Under the pieces are notes generated by a model, which was not told the DNA's origin, searched no databases, and worked only from the letters and a program-made list of their open reading frames with translations. Below are positions 41,243 through 51,398 of a stretch of 64,000 nt of DNA, piece after piece. The DNA comes from Candidatus Bathyarchaeota archaeon (lineage in GTDB: Archaea; Thermoproteota; Bathyarchaeia; Bathyarchaeales; Bathycorpusculaceae): contig CAVZPM010000039.1 of NCBI GenBank assembly GCA_963777155.1, positions 1 through 64,000 of the forward strand, written 5' to 3'. A program made the position numbers and the translations under genes. Positions within the stretch are counted from its first letter, which is position 1, and every line of letters starts with the position of its first letter.

Positions 41243-42388
41243 TTACCGTTTAACGTGGTATTGTTCGATTGTGTCTTTGGCTTTTTCCCGTCGTTCCTGA
41301 TGTTGCTGCAGGAAAGCGTTGAGTTTTTCAGCAATGTCTTTTTTGCATTCGCCGCAGAGCATTTCGCCGCCTTTGCATCGGCGTTCGCGTTCGGCAAGTT
41401 TTTGGTTGTCTTCTTCGAATAAGAAGAAGTAGTATTGGAAAATGCTGCATACTGTTGGGTCGGCGCCTGTTTTGCGTTGTTCCGCAGCGGTGCCTTTACC
41501 GCCTGTGAAGGCATTCCATATCTTCTTTTTTACCACGTCTGGTTGGTCGGTGGTAAATATGCTTGTTTCAGGCATTGACGCACTCATTTTTCCACCTGCA
41601 CCAAGACCAGGGAGGAAGCGGCAATGGATTTGCGCGGGTTTGTAGTAACCGAGTTTTTGAGCTATGTCACGTGTTACTCGCCAGTAGGGGTCTTGGTCGA
41701 TAGCGGCTGGGATAAGTGCTGGTACGTTTTCACCAGTGAGTTTTTTATGGATAAAGCATGGGGCGGCTTGGATGGCAGGCCAGAAGACCCAGCCGATGTT
41801 GGTGCTGTCTTGGAAGCCAAAGCTGCTGCGGGCTGTGCTGTAGGTTATGCGTTTGGCAACTTCAAGGGTGATGTCGTAGAGTAGATCGATGTCTTTTGTG
41901 TCATAGATTATGAATGTGTCCTCGGGCTTGAATCCTAGAGCGATAAGGTCCAGCGCGTTTTCGTAGGACCACTTTTCAGTTTTTTTGAGGTCAGCGTTGT
42001 CGCTGATTAGGTATTTTTCGTCGTCTGTTATTTGGAAGTAGAGACGCGTTTTGAATTTTTGTTGAATATGCAGAGTGAATATCCACGGAACAAGATGTCC
42101 AATATGAACGGGACCGCTGGGTCCTCTGCCCGTGTAGAGCACAAACTTGGTGCCCTTATCGTATAAGTCAAGGACGGTATCGAGATCGCGGTGACTGAAG
42201 AAAATCTGTCTTTCCAGTTGGAGATGAAGTTTGTCTGTGTATTTCTCCACGCGGTTTAGAAGTTGGGGTGTGAGGGGTTGAGTGCCGAACTCTTTAATGA
42301 GACGTTGGTAATCCACTTTGCCCTTAACTTCCCAAGGAGTAACTACCATTTCATTGTTGTTCTCTTCAGCGTTAGCCGTTGTATTCAC
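41243..42388 (-). CDS. trpS: tryptophanyl-tRNA synthetase (archaeal/eukaryotic type)
   Basis: VTPWEV, YTGRGPS, HIGH, AIDQDPYW, KMSAS. Confidence 0.96.
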   Translation of the reverse strand: MNTTANAEENNNEMVVTPWEVKGKVDYQRLIKEFGTQPLTPQLLNRVEKYTDKLHLQLERQIFFSHRDLDTVLDLYDKGTKFVLYTGRGPSGPVHIGHLVPWIFTLHIQQKFKTRLYFQITDDEKYLISDNADLKKTEKWSYENALDLIALGFKPEDTFIIYDTKDIDLLYDITLEVAKRITYSTARSSFGFQDSTNIGWVFWPAIQAAPCFIHKKLTGENVPALIPAAIDQDPYWRVTRDIAQKLGYYKPAQIHCRFLPGLGAGGKMSASMPETSIFTTDQPDVVKKKIWNAFTGGKGTAAEQRKTGADPTVCSIFQYYFFLFEEDNQKLAERERRCKGGEMLCGECKKDIAEKLNAFLQQHQERREKAKDTIEQYHVKR

Positions 42389-42481
42389 CAGTACCTTTTA
42401 CAAGAAAGGTACCGTTTGCTGATATATGTTTTTTCCACTCAAGATATATTTGAAAACAAAATGTGTTCTGTATTCATTTTT

Positions 42482-42626
42482 CAAAGAATTAGCCCAAAAG
42501 GAAGAGTTAAGCGAACCAAGCCATGCGCCCGCAGGATAGAAGCCTAAAAAGGGCAGGGGTGGGCAACAGCTTTCTCCTGCTAGGAGCTAGATTCGCTCAA
42601 CTTTTGTTGGCTATCCTTTGCATTCC
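42482..42626 (-). ncRNA. candidate novel structured RNA (~140 nt)
   Basis: long end-to-end rod with G-U pairs on the minus strand; TATA (cttatatc, 42650-42657) ~25 nt upstream. Confidence 0.55.
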
Positions 42627-42749
42627 TACTTACTGGTAACCTGCTGGATGGATATAAGATAATGTTGGTTACAGCTTGATGCAACAACTGGGAATAAACT
42701 GGCTCTTTAAATGAGTAGTATTTGAGGCTTTTTCCATTTTTCTTTTAAA

Positions 42750-44423
42750 CTACAAGTAGGCGTCGGTTACGTATCGGCGCATCATGCGGTGGCTATTGAA
42801 GTAGTAGGCTATCTTGCCGATGGAGTTTTTCATCATCTTTATCCATTCGTCATGTCTATCGTAGAACATCGGAGTGATAACGTACTCCAGCTTGTTATAG
42901 AGGTCGTCAGCTTCTTTCTTGAAGAGCGTTTGGTTGTCCAAGTTTTCGACGTTTGCGGGTCCAATCGACCAGCCTGTAAGGTTTTCCATCCAACCTTCCA
43001 TCCACCAGCCATCAAGAACGCTTAGGTTGATTACACCGTTGTGCGCAGCTTTCATTCCGCTTGTTCCCGAAGCCTCCATTGGTCGAAGCGGCGTGTTAAG
43101 CCAAACATCAACACCAGAAACCATCTTGGCAGCGATGCCCATATTGTAGTCTTCTAAGTAAACTATTTCGATGTCTTCTTTGAGTTGTTTAGCGTAATTG
43201 TAGATTTGCTCTATGAGTTTTTTTCCGCCTTCGTCTCGGGGGTGAGCTTTGCCAGCGAATATGACTTGGAACTTTCCTTTTCTGCTTATCGCGCGAAGTC
43301 TGTCAAGGTTAGAGAACAGTAGGGTGGGTCGCTTGTATTCGGTTGCTCTTCGGGCAAACCCAATAGTAAATATGTCTGTGCTTAGGTTAGCGTCTGTTGC
43401 CTGGTTAGCGTAGTCTATTAAGATCTTTTTTTGTTCCTCGTGGGCATGCCAGATTTCGCAATCAGGAATAATGTCAACTTTAGCTAGCAATTCTGGCTCA
43501 ATCGCCCAGCCTGGCAGGTACTGGTCATAGATTTTTCGGAAGTTTTCCCCTGTCCAAGTAAACGAGTGAACACCATTGGTTACCGCGTGAATTTCGTAGC
43601 CTGCAAACATTTTGCTGGAGATTTCCTGATGACGTTTAGCGACGCCGTTTACATACTTGCTTAAGTTAAGTGCGAGGCAAGTCATGTTCAGTCGGTCACA
43701 GCTGCCATATTCCTTTAAGGTGTCTAAATCGCCTACTCCTAGTACCTCAGCAACCAGGTCATAGTTGAATTTGTCATGTCCAGCTTCAACAGGTGTATGT
43801 GTTGTAAAAATGCATAGTTCTCTAACTTTTTCCGGATCTGAATCGTTTTTCCGTAGTAGCTCAACGGCTAGAAGGCTGGAGTGTCCCTCATTCATATGGT
43901 ATTTTCTTACCTTGAAGCCCAAGGCATCAAGCATTCTGACTCCGCCAAAACCCAAAATTGCCTCCTGTTTCAGTCGGTAGCTTTCGTTTCCGCCGTAGAG
44001 GTAAAAAGTTATTTCTCTATCCTCCGCTGTGTTTCCATCACAATCGGTATCGAGAAATAGGACTGGAACTATTCCTCCTGTCACACTTTGGTACTTATAG
44101 ACCCATGTCTTAACTTTTACACTGCGCCCCTCTATCTGGACATGGACTTCGTTTGGGGCAAGGGTCATGAATTTCTCGGGGCTCCATTCACGTGGTTGCT
44201 CTGTTTGTCTTCCGTCCTGATCGAGTTTTTGCCTAAAATAATTTCGTTTACTGATTAATGTCACAGCGACAAGGGGAAGCTTTAGGTCGGCGCTGGAACG
44301 GATGGCATCTCCTGCCAATGTGCCTAATCCACCTGCGTATGTGGGGATATCGCTGGTTAACCCTACTTCCATAGAGAAATAAGCTATCTTCTGACCTTTC
44401 AGTACACCCTCCAAATTATCCAT
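42750..44423 (-). CDS. glgP: alpha-glucan phosphorylase
   Basis: YAGGLG, NEGH, GKAHP, EASGTSGMKA. Confidence 0.95.
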   Translation of the reverse strand: MDNLEGVLKGQKIAYFSMEVGLTSDIPTYAGGLGTLAGDAIRSSADLKLPLVAVTLISKRNYFRQKLDQDGRQTEQPREWSPEKFMTLAPNEVHVQIEGRSVKVKTWVYKYQSVTGGIVPVLFLDTDCDGNTAEDREITFYLYGGNESYRLKQEAILGFGGVRMLDALGFKVRKYHMNEGHSSLLAVELLRKNDSDPEKVRELCIFTTHTPVEAGHDKFNYDLVAEVLGVGDLDTLKEYGSCDRLNMTCLALNLSKYVNGVAKRHQEISSKMFAGYEIHAVTNGVHSFTWTGENFRKIYDQYLPGWAIEPELLAKVDIIPDCEIWHAHEEQKKILIDYANQATDANLSTDIFTIGFARRATEYKRPTLLFSNLDRLRAISRKGKFQVIFAGKAHPRDEGGKKLIEQIYNYAKQLKEDIEIVYLEDYNMGIAAKMVSGVDVWLNTPLRPMEASGTSGMKAAHNGVINLSVLDGWWMEGWMENLTGWSIGPANVENLDNQTLFKKEADDLYNKLEYVITPMFYDRHDEWIKMMKNSIGKIAYYFNSHRMMRRYVTDAYL

Positions 44424-44577
44424 CGATTTTTCCCCTCTCATTTCTGCTAACGGTGCGCCCCTCACCATCGCTTAGCAGCATTAAATCCATCCATGCAGGG
44501 GATTGTCTTAATCTACTTTTCGCAAACCCAGAAAAATAAGCGTAAAAGAAAAAACCAAAAATTAAGAAATGTGTTGA

Positions 44578-45752
44578 TTATGTTGTTGGCGCTGGTCGGG
44601 TTCCTAAAACAACGGTTACTGAGGTCTGCGAGTTTCCTCTGACCACTGTCATAACTAGGCTGTCTCCTGGTAAGGTGTTTTCTTCTAGGTAACTGGCTAA
44701 GTCATCGTTGTTTTTGATAGTTTGCTGGTTTACAACAGTTCCGTTTGATCCCTGTAGTCCCATGGCTATGATGATGTCGTTGGCTTCAAGTTTTCCTGCT
44801 GAAGGTCCTCCAATTGAAATTGAGGAGATTCTTCCAACCGTAAGTTACGCTAGCGTTTGATTGTTGTGCTGTAGTGTAGTCCATGTCGGTTCCCATGACG
44901 CCGAGGTATGAGTGGCCATGGTAGGATCCTGTGCTGATTAATGCTGAGACTTCTCTTAGTATGGTATCAGTGGGGATGGCAAAGCCTAAACCTTGGGAGT
45001 CAGAAACGATGGCTGTGGTTATGCCTACTACGTTTCCAACAGCATTTAACAATGGACCCCCAGAGTTTCCTGGGTTTATTGGTGTGCTGGTTTGGATTAT
45101 GTTGGCGATTGCATATCCTCCTGCAGTATCCTCCGTTATGGTTCTTCCTGTGGCACTGACAACACCCGTAGTTAGTGATCCTACGAGCCCATACGGGTTT
45201 CCTATGGCGATTACTGGTTCACCAACACTCAATGAAGATGAACTAACGATTGTAAGTGGCTTAAACTCTGAAGCTGGGGCATTAGAGGAAACGGAAACAA
45301 CAGCTAAATCAGAGTACGGGTCGGTTCCAAGAACAGTGGCTGAGTAGCCATGTCCATCGGAGAATGTAACGCTTAGACCGGTTGTGCCCTCTACAACATG
45401 GTAATTGGTTAGCACGACGTTTCGACCAGCAAAATTATATATGAAACCTGATCCTTGGACGCCACCGCTGCTGGTGGTGCCTTGAACCAGAACCACTGAA
45501 GATCGAACATTAGCATAGATTTCTGCTAGCGAGGTTCCATTTTGCACTATGTTGATGTTTTGGGTGGTGGCGTTTTGGAAACCTCTGAGTTCAGAAATTT
45601 GGCTCTGTAAAAAAGAAACTTGACTGTTTATCTTTGAAACCTGCTGGTATTCGACTAAGGAAAATCAGCAGTCCTCCAACTAGCAATCCTGCAACGAATA
45701 GTAGTACCAGGATGCCTGCTGAGGCTTTACTGTAGCCTTTGGACGTAAACAT
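44578..45752 (-). CDS. htrA: HtrA-like trypsin serine protease with PDZ domain (two frameshifts, ~45660 and ~44832)
   Basis: TNYHVV, DLAV, NPGNSGGPL; TM and PDZ parts lie in adjacent frames. Confidence 0.85.
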
Positions 45753-45797
45753 GCACTTGCCTCGAAAGAGGATTCACGAATAAGAAAATAAAAGTTG

Positions 45798-46803
45798 CTA
45801 TGCACGGCGGTCTATGAGGTCTAGGGCGTCTGGTCCAGTGCCGATGAAAACGATGGGTACGCCTGTTCGGGTTTCAGCTTCTTTTATGAAGTCTTTGGCT
45901 TCTTTGGGCAGATCGCTGTATTTCCTTGCGCCTTTGCAGCTGGGATATATGCAGTCGAGCTTTGTCATCGCAGCTTGGGTTGCACCATTTATTTTTGCTG
46001 TCTTCTTGGCTAAGTCAAAGTCGAAGGGTGCACTGCGGCGATCACGACCAGTTCCAGCTGCAACCTCAAACCACCCTCTCTTCTGGGCTTCTTCCTTGGT
46101 TATTTCGCCTGGCAACGGTCCAGCGCCCACCCTTGTCATGAACGACTTGTAAACGATAATTACGTCATCTACCCTTGTGGGTCCCACGCCTGCCTCTGAA
46201 GCAATGGCAGACGCTCCCGTGTCTCTACCTGTAACGTATGGATAGCCTCCGCCTAGAAACAATGATAACATAAAGCCCTGAGTGCCTTCAAGAAGCACTT
46301 TTTTGCCTAAATCCAAGCCGTCGTTTACTTCAGATACTTCGTCGGCAAGGAATGGTTTGAGTTCAGGGATGTCTTTGGCAAGTTTAGCTGTGCGCCTTAC
46401 GCGTTCTTCAAGGGCTGGTCCAACACCCCACCCTGTGGTTCCTATGCCCTTGTTGACAGTGCTTGCCTTGTCTTGGTCGCTGTGTTTTTGCTCGATAATG
46501 GAGGCGTATTGATCTATGCCTACTGCGTTTTGGGTCGACTTGGGTAAGTTCCATTTCTTTGAAGAATTGTCCAACATGAACGTTTGCACCTGCGGCTATG
46601 AGGAGGCGTGTTTTTGGGTTGATGAAGGCTGCTGGAACCATGTGGAGGGCAAATTTTTTGCCTTCATACCATATGGTGTGTGCTGCGTTAACTGAGCCTG
46701 TTCGAACGCAGAAATCAAGGTTATCTTTTAGGGCTAAGTACGAGATTATTTTTCCTTTGCCTTCGTCTCCCCAGAAGGCGCCTACAATTACTGAGCATGG
46801 CAT
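45798..46803 (-). CDS. purA: adenylosuccinate synthetase, short archaeal type (frameshift ~46524)
   Basis: WGDEGKGK, EGTQG, YPYVT, TRVGAGP. Confidence 0.93.
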
Positions 46804-46965
46804 AGCTTTTCACGTGCACATGTCAGTTCAAGAATTATTTAAAGCTGTAGGGTTCTTCTGGAGAATGCTTCATTTTTAGCTTCGTTTTCGTCTGCATTTG
46901 TTAGTTCAGCTAAATTGAACAATGCCGATGTAGAAAAAATGGGAGAAACAAGAAAACCCATGTTT

Positions 46966-47346
46966 CTAGTGGCAGCGACTCGTCGCCTCTGCATCGATTA
47001 TTTTCAGAAGCGCAATCACACGTTTACCCTTCAATTTTTTTTCTGAAAGCGTTATTGAATTCCTCAACTCACAAATATCATCTAAAATTATCCCTACTTC
47101 CTCATCCAAAATGACTGGGTAAACTCTGCAGCCCGCAGGGCGGTCCACGTAGACGCTGCATTGGCGGTTTTTTAGATCGTAGAAGGTGCAGTAGCCATCA
47201 CTGTTTTTCAATAGAGCGTAACCTTGTCTGTCATATTGCACGAATTGATTTTCGCTAAAACCTTTCTCTTCTAGACGTTTAATGTCTTTTTTAGAAAGTA
47301 ACATTTCGGTTTCTGTGCAACAGACTCCACAATTTGAACAACGCAT
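46966..47346 (-). CDS. YkgJ family Cys-cluster protein
   Basis: CSNCGVCC, CTFY, CSVY..RP..CR.YP. Confidence 0.88.
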   Translation of the reverse strand: MRCSNCGVCCTETEMLLSKKDIKRLEEKGFSENQFVQYDRQGYALLKNSDGYCTFYDLKNRQCSVYVDRPAGCRVYPVILDEEVGIILDDICELRNSITLSEKKLKGKRVIALLKIIDAEATSRCH

Positions 47347-47398
47347 AAACGTGAACTAGTTTGGGTGGTATTTGTCTTTTTATCTTCGTCAGTTATCT

Positions 47399-47647
47399 TT
47401 AGGCCGAGTTTTTCATTAAATTAATGTTAAGCATTTCGGCCCATGCAATATTTCTTAGAGGCACGCAAGTGGCTTTACGATTACCTATAAGCGAATATTC
47501 AATCAAGTGTTTATTTTTTCCAACACCCTTGGTCATCTTTGTTAGTTGAACATTCACTATTACTGCCCCATCTTTAAGGTGTAAATTAACGTTTCTTCCA
47601 ATGAAGGACCTTGCGCTATTGGCACTGAAGCTCTCCAACTCTACCAT
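47399..47647 (-). CDS. small protein, possible Sm/Hfq-like fold
   Basis: FIGRNVNLHLKDG resembles Sm1; VPLRNIAW resembles Sm2. Confidence 0.55.
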   Translation of the reverse strand: MVELESFSANSARSFIGRNVNLHLKDGAVIVNVQLTKMTKGVGKNKHLIEYSLIGNRKATCVPLRNIAWAEMLNINLMKNSA

Positions 47648-47778
47648 TCCTCATCTTGTTCAGCAATTTTGCTCCAGCATTGCTGGCATATAGGCAGGTT
47701 TTCTCCTTTTATTTGGATGTAGAGTTTAATGTTTTCGCTTTTACAAGTGTCTCTCCAAGGGTTTTTGCAGTGTTCCAT
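47641..47778 (-). CDS. 45-aa zinc-finger microprotein (not in ORF track)
   Basis: MEHCKNPWRDTC...LPICQQCWSKIAEQDEEW; stop overlaps next ATG. Confidence 0.7.
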   Translation of the reverse strand: MEHCKNPWRDTCKSENIKLYIQIKGENLPICQQCWSKIAEQDEEW

Positions 47779-47913
47779 TTTTTTGCCTCAAGTCACAGCT
47801 CTTGTGTTTTTTACTTTTAAAGTCGTTGCAGTAGCTACCGTTTGATTCTGGGGAGGGTTGAGTGAAAGTGAAACTTTATACGCTAAGTTATCGATTGATT
47901 GATTGTGGTGTTA

Positions 47914-48366
47914 ATGGCTTTTTTGAACAACAGTGTTGCGCTCATAATTACAGCTAATTTAGTAATTCAAATCGCTGTACTGTTTTTGCTTGCTTACGGT
48001 TACAATTTAAAAAGAAAACTGAAGTTTCGACATCATGGGATAGTTATGTCTACCGCTCTTATCCTACATCTGATAATGGCGGCTTATGTGATGATACCTT
48101 CATTTGTTTTTGCAGTGATAAAAGAGTATATTATACCTGCTCCCTTAGCAGCTACCTCAGTTGTCGCAATGATTCATGCAATACTCGGTTCAATTGCCCT
48201 CTCTTTTGGTATTTGGTTGGTGGCTTCATGGCGTTTTAGCAAAAACTTCCAAGGATGCTTCAGCAGGAAAAAATACATGCTGAAAACTCTGACAGTTTGG
48301 GTTGCTTCGTTAATCTTTGGTATAATCCTCTACTTACTATTTATCGGATCCGTTTTAAAGGGTTAA
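47914..48366 (+). CDS. DUF420-like membrane protein
   Basis: four TMs with conserved-looking His residues (HHG..M, HAILG). Confidence 0.6.
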   Translation: MAFLNNSVALIITANLVIQIAVLFLLAYGYNLKRKLKFRHHGIVMSTALILHLIMAAYVMIPSFVFAVIKEYIIPAPLAATSVVAMIHAILGSIALSFGIWLVASWRFSKNFQGCFSRKKYMLKTLTVWVASLIFGIILYLLFIGSVLKG

Positions 48367-48902
48367 AGTTCGATTATCTGTGGAGTTATGTTTTCCCGGG
48401 TGATTTTTAGTAGTGCAACCGAAGGTTTAGTCATTACTAACTGTGGATCCGTTGGGCTGCCTGGATTAATGTAGAGGATCTTATTTTCCCATCTGACATT
48501 AGGCGAATGTGTATGTCCATAGACAAAGACGTCAAAATTTTGCCCATTAATTTCAGCTATCTTGTCTGTACCATAGAGACTGCCTTGGTCATGAACTACT
48601 CCGATTTTCCAATCGAAAACCTTTAATGAGTTGAATCTGGGAAACCCACTTGTGACTTCTAAGCAATCCATGTTGCCATGAACAGCTAAGACTGGTGCAA
48701 TCTGCTCCAACTCATCAACCACAGACAATTCAACCAAGTCGCCAGCGTGAATAATGTAGTCTGCATTTTCGAAGATTTCAAAAACTCTCTTGGGTATTGC
48801 TCTTGCTCTTTTGGGTACATGCGTATCAGAGATTAACCCGACGGTTTTAACGGGAATGAGATTTGGAGGTTCTTTTTTTATTAATGCTTGTTCACCGAGC
48901 AT
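48363..48902 (-). CDS. YfcE/Vps29-type metallophosphoesterase
   Basis: SDTH, HAGD, GNMD, GHTH, NPGS. Confidence 0.9.
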   Translation of the reverse strand: MLGEQALIKKEPPNLIPVKTVGLISDTHVPKRARAIPKRVFEIFENADYIIHAGDLVELSVVDELEQIAPVLAVHGNMDCLEVTSGFPRFNSLKVFDWKIGVVHDQGSLYGTDKIAEINGQNFDVFVYGHTHSPNVRWENKILYINPGSPTDPQLVMTKPSVALLKITRENITPQIIEL

Positions 48903-49001
48903 TTAGGGTTGCCTCTATAGTAGGATAGCTTCACAATAACATAGCACTATGGCAATAAAAATTGAACTGTTAAAAAAAGCTCAAAATGTATTAAGGTAGA
49001 T

Positions 49002-50360
49002 TTAGGTCATGAATCTTTTGACCGTTTCGTAGAGGATGCTTGTTCCGAAAACAAGGTTCTCCACTGTTATGCGTTCATCGATGCCATGCATACGTTTTTC
49101 CAATTCGTCATTGGGTTCATCGGGTCGCATGGGGTGAAAACCGTAGCATACGCTGCCCATTTCCCTAAAAAAGCGCGAATCAGTTCCACCTGTTGTCAAT
49201 GTAGGGGTTACTCCACAGTTTGGCTCGAATTCTTTTAGAACCTCAGTTATGGTTTCATAGAGGGGTGTTTGCGTCGTAGATTCATTGCCGTCATGAATTT
49301 GTATGATTTCAAAACTTAACTTATCCAACCCCACATCCCCAAGCAAACCTTTGATGATTGCAAGTGTTTCATCTACACTTTGTCCCGGCAATACACGACA
49401 ATCAAAGACTGTTTCGCATTCGGATGGTATGATGTTTTCTTTCACTCCCCCGTGGATAATGGTTGGGGTTATGGTGGTTTTAGTTCTAGGTCTTATTTCC
49501 TCTGCCAACGCCTTTTGCGTTTTGGCTAGCTGGTCTAGGATTTGGTTGCTTTGCCTAGGGTTGTCTAGTAACTGCGTAAGTGGTCCATTTAGCTCTGGGT
49601 TCAGTTTTGCTATTTCAGATAGAAACTTTCTAAGAGTTGGGACATAGAAGGTTTCTGGCTGGTAAGTGCTAAGTCTGTTTATAACCATGTTCATTCGTAA
49701 AATTGCGTTGTCAGCCATATTTGGCGTCGAACCGTGCCCAGGGGTTCCTTTAGCTTTTACTTTGAACCAGAGGATACCTTTTTCCGCGGTCTGCACTGGA
49801 TAGACATTACCCATCTCCTGTGGGATAGCCAATCCACCCCCTTCGTTAAGTACATAGGGGCACCAAACTTTTTCCTTATAATTCCTTAAAAGATAGCCTG
49901 CACCTTCTTCTCCACCTTTTTCCTCATCGGCAGTGGCTGCCAGCACTACATCACCTTTTAGGGGTATGTTGTTCCTCTTAAGAAGCAAGAGAGTTAGGAC
50001 TTCGACGGAGGTCATGCCTTTCATGTCATAGGCGCCTCTACCATAGACATAGCCATCTTTTACTGTTCCAGCGAAGGGGTCAACACTCCATTCAACTGGG
50101 TTTGCCGCAACAACGTCGATGTGTGAGAGCAATAGTAGGTTTGGTTTTTCGCCTGTTCCCTTGAGTCGTGTAATTAGGCTGCCTCTGCCTGGAGCTGATT
50201 CGATGACTTCTGTTTTAAGGCCTTCTTTTGATAGATAATTAGAGATGAAGTTGGCTGCTACCGTCTCGTTACCAGGTGGGTTGGTTGTGTTTATGCGTAT
50301 TAAATTGCTAAGAAAACTTGTGACTTCTTGCTCTATCTCCTTTAGGATTTGAATCGGCAT
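49002..50360 (-). CDS. M20 family metallopeptidase/deacylase
   Basis: HIDVV, GRGAYDMKG, DEE, GGTDS, HGIDE. Confidence 0.9.
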   Translation of the reverse strand: MPIQILKEIEQEVTSFLSNLIRINTTNPPGNETVAANFISNYLSKEGLKTEVIESAPGRGSLITRLKGTGEKPNLLLLSHIDVVAANPVEWSVDPFAGTVKDGYVYGRGAYDMKGMTSVEVLTLLLLKRNNIPLKGDVVLAATADEEKGGEEGAGYLLRNYKEKVWCPYVLNEGGGLAIPQEMGNVYPVQTAEKGILWFKVKAKGTPGHGSTPNMADNAILRMNMVINRLSTYQPETFYVPTLRKFLSEIAKLNPELNGPLTQLLDNPRQSNQILDQLAKTQKALAEEIRPRTKTTITPTIIHGGVKENIIPSECETVFDCRVLPGQSVDETLAIIKGLLGDVGLDKLSFEIIQIHDGNESTTQTPLYETITEVLKEFEPNCGVTPTLTTGGTDSRFFREMGSVCYGFHPMRPDEPNDELEKRMHGIDERITVENLVFGTSILYETVKRFMT

Positions 50361-50519
50361 TTTAGGAGTACCTGCATGTTTAAGACAATGTTTTCTCTTA
50401 AGAGTATCTGTTGCTGTGTGCCTGTTGAACTGGGAGTATTTGGCGATTATTCAACATGAAGTTTATATATGATGGCAAAAAATGCTATTGAGTAACAAAA
50501 AAAGTTTAAGTTGATTGCA

Positions 50520-51029
50520 ATGAAGGACCTAAAACCAATTGATTACAAGATTCTGTTTGAGCTTATGAAGGACTCGCATAGAAGCGATAGGCAACTTGCA
50601 AAAGCCCTCGGTGTTTCCCAACCAACAGTGACCCGGAGAAGGGCCATGCTGGAAGAAAACTTTATTGAAGGATACACGGTAATCCCCAAATTTGGTCAAA
50701 TAGGATTTGAAATTGCGGCCATAACTTTTTTGAAGAGTAAACTGAAATGTATGGCAGGCGAGGATAAGGCTCAGGCATTACAAAAGATGAAAGAATGGTT
50801 CACAAAACAAACCAATGTTGTTCTTGCTTTAGATGGCAGAGGGATGGGTTGGGATTCCGTATGTGTTTCACTTCATGAAAACTTTGAGAGCTTTGCAGCT
50901 TTTATTAGAGCTCTTGATTCTGACCTTTCAGATTGGGTGGTTGAGAGTCAAACTTTCAACGCCGATCTTAAGGGCGGAATAGTGATTAAACCATTCCACC
51001 TCAAGTATTTGGCATCTACAAAACAGTAG
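50520..51029 (+). CDS. Lrp/AsnC family regulator
   Basis: N-terminal HTH (SDRQLAKALGVSQPTV), I.GYT. Confidence 0.85.
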   Translation: MKDLKPIDYKILFELMKDSHRSDRQLAKALGVSQPTVTRRRAMLEENFIEGYTVIPKFGQIGFEIAAITFLKSKLKCMAGEDKAQALQKMKEWFTKQTNVVLALDGRGMGWDSVCVSLHENFESFAAFIRALDSDLSDWVVESQTFNADLKGGIVIKPFHLKYLASTKQ

Positions 51030-51398
51030 ACGCCAACCAAAACCTTCCTTCTATCTTTTCTTATTATTAAGCAGCTGTAGCCTTTCTAGTTTGAGGTACT
51101 CTCAAGTAATTTCTATGGCAATAGCGTCGAGAAGAGTTCCTCTGAATTATATGCGGCTAATCTTCTTTAGAATCCTTTTTTTAGGCAGCTTTGGCTTTTT
51201 TGTCCTACTTACATCAGTGGTCAAACAAATCAACCAAGTTGAATCTATATTTGCTAACCAAAGATAAGATATTGGGCTTGTCGTGAAATAGGTTTTTGTT
51301 CTTTTTAAGGGTTAAAGCCAAAATGGCAGGGTAAAAGCATATATCTCTTAACTATTCCTGTTTTCTTTCACGTTAACCTCTTGCACTAAGGCGAAAAC

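Noticed and set aside
42482-42626. SRP RNA, RNase P RNA or T-box leader of trpS
   Set aside because: Too short and lacks the SRP helix-8 and RNase P P4 motifs; no T-box sequence, and trpS has its own TATA downstream
44450-44480. Fluoride riboswitch (gcgatggtg)
   Set aside because: Downstream conserved pseudoknot elements are absent and the gene context does not fit
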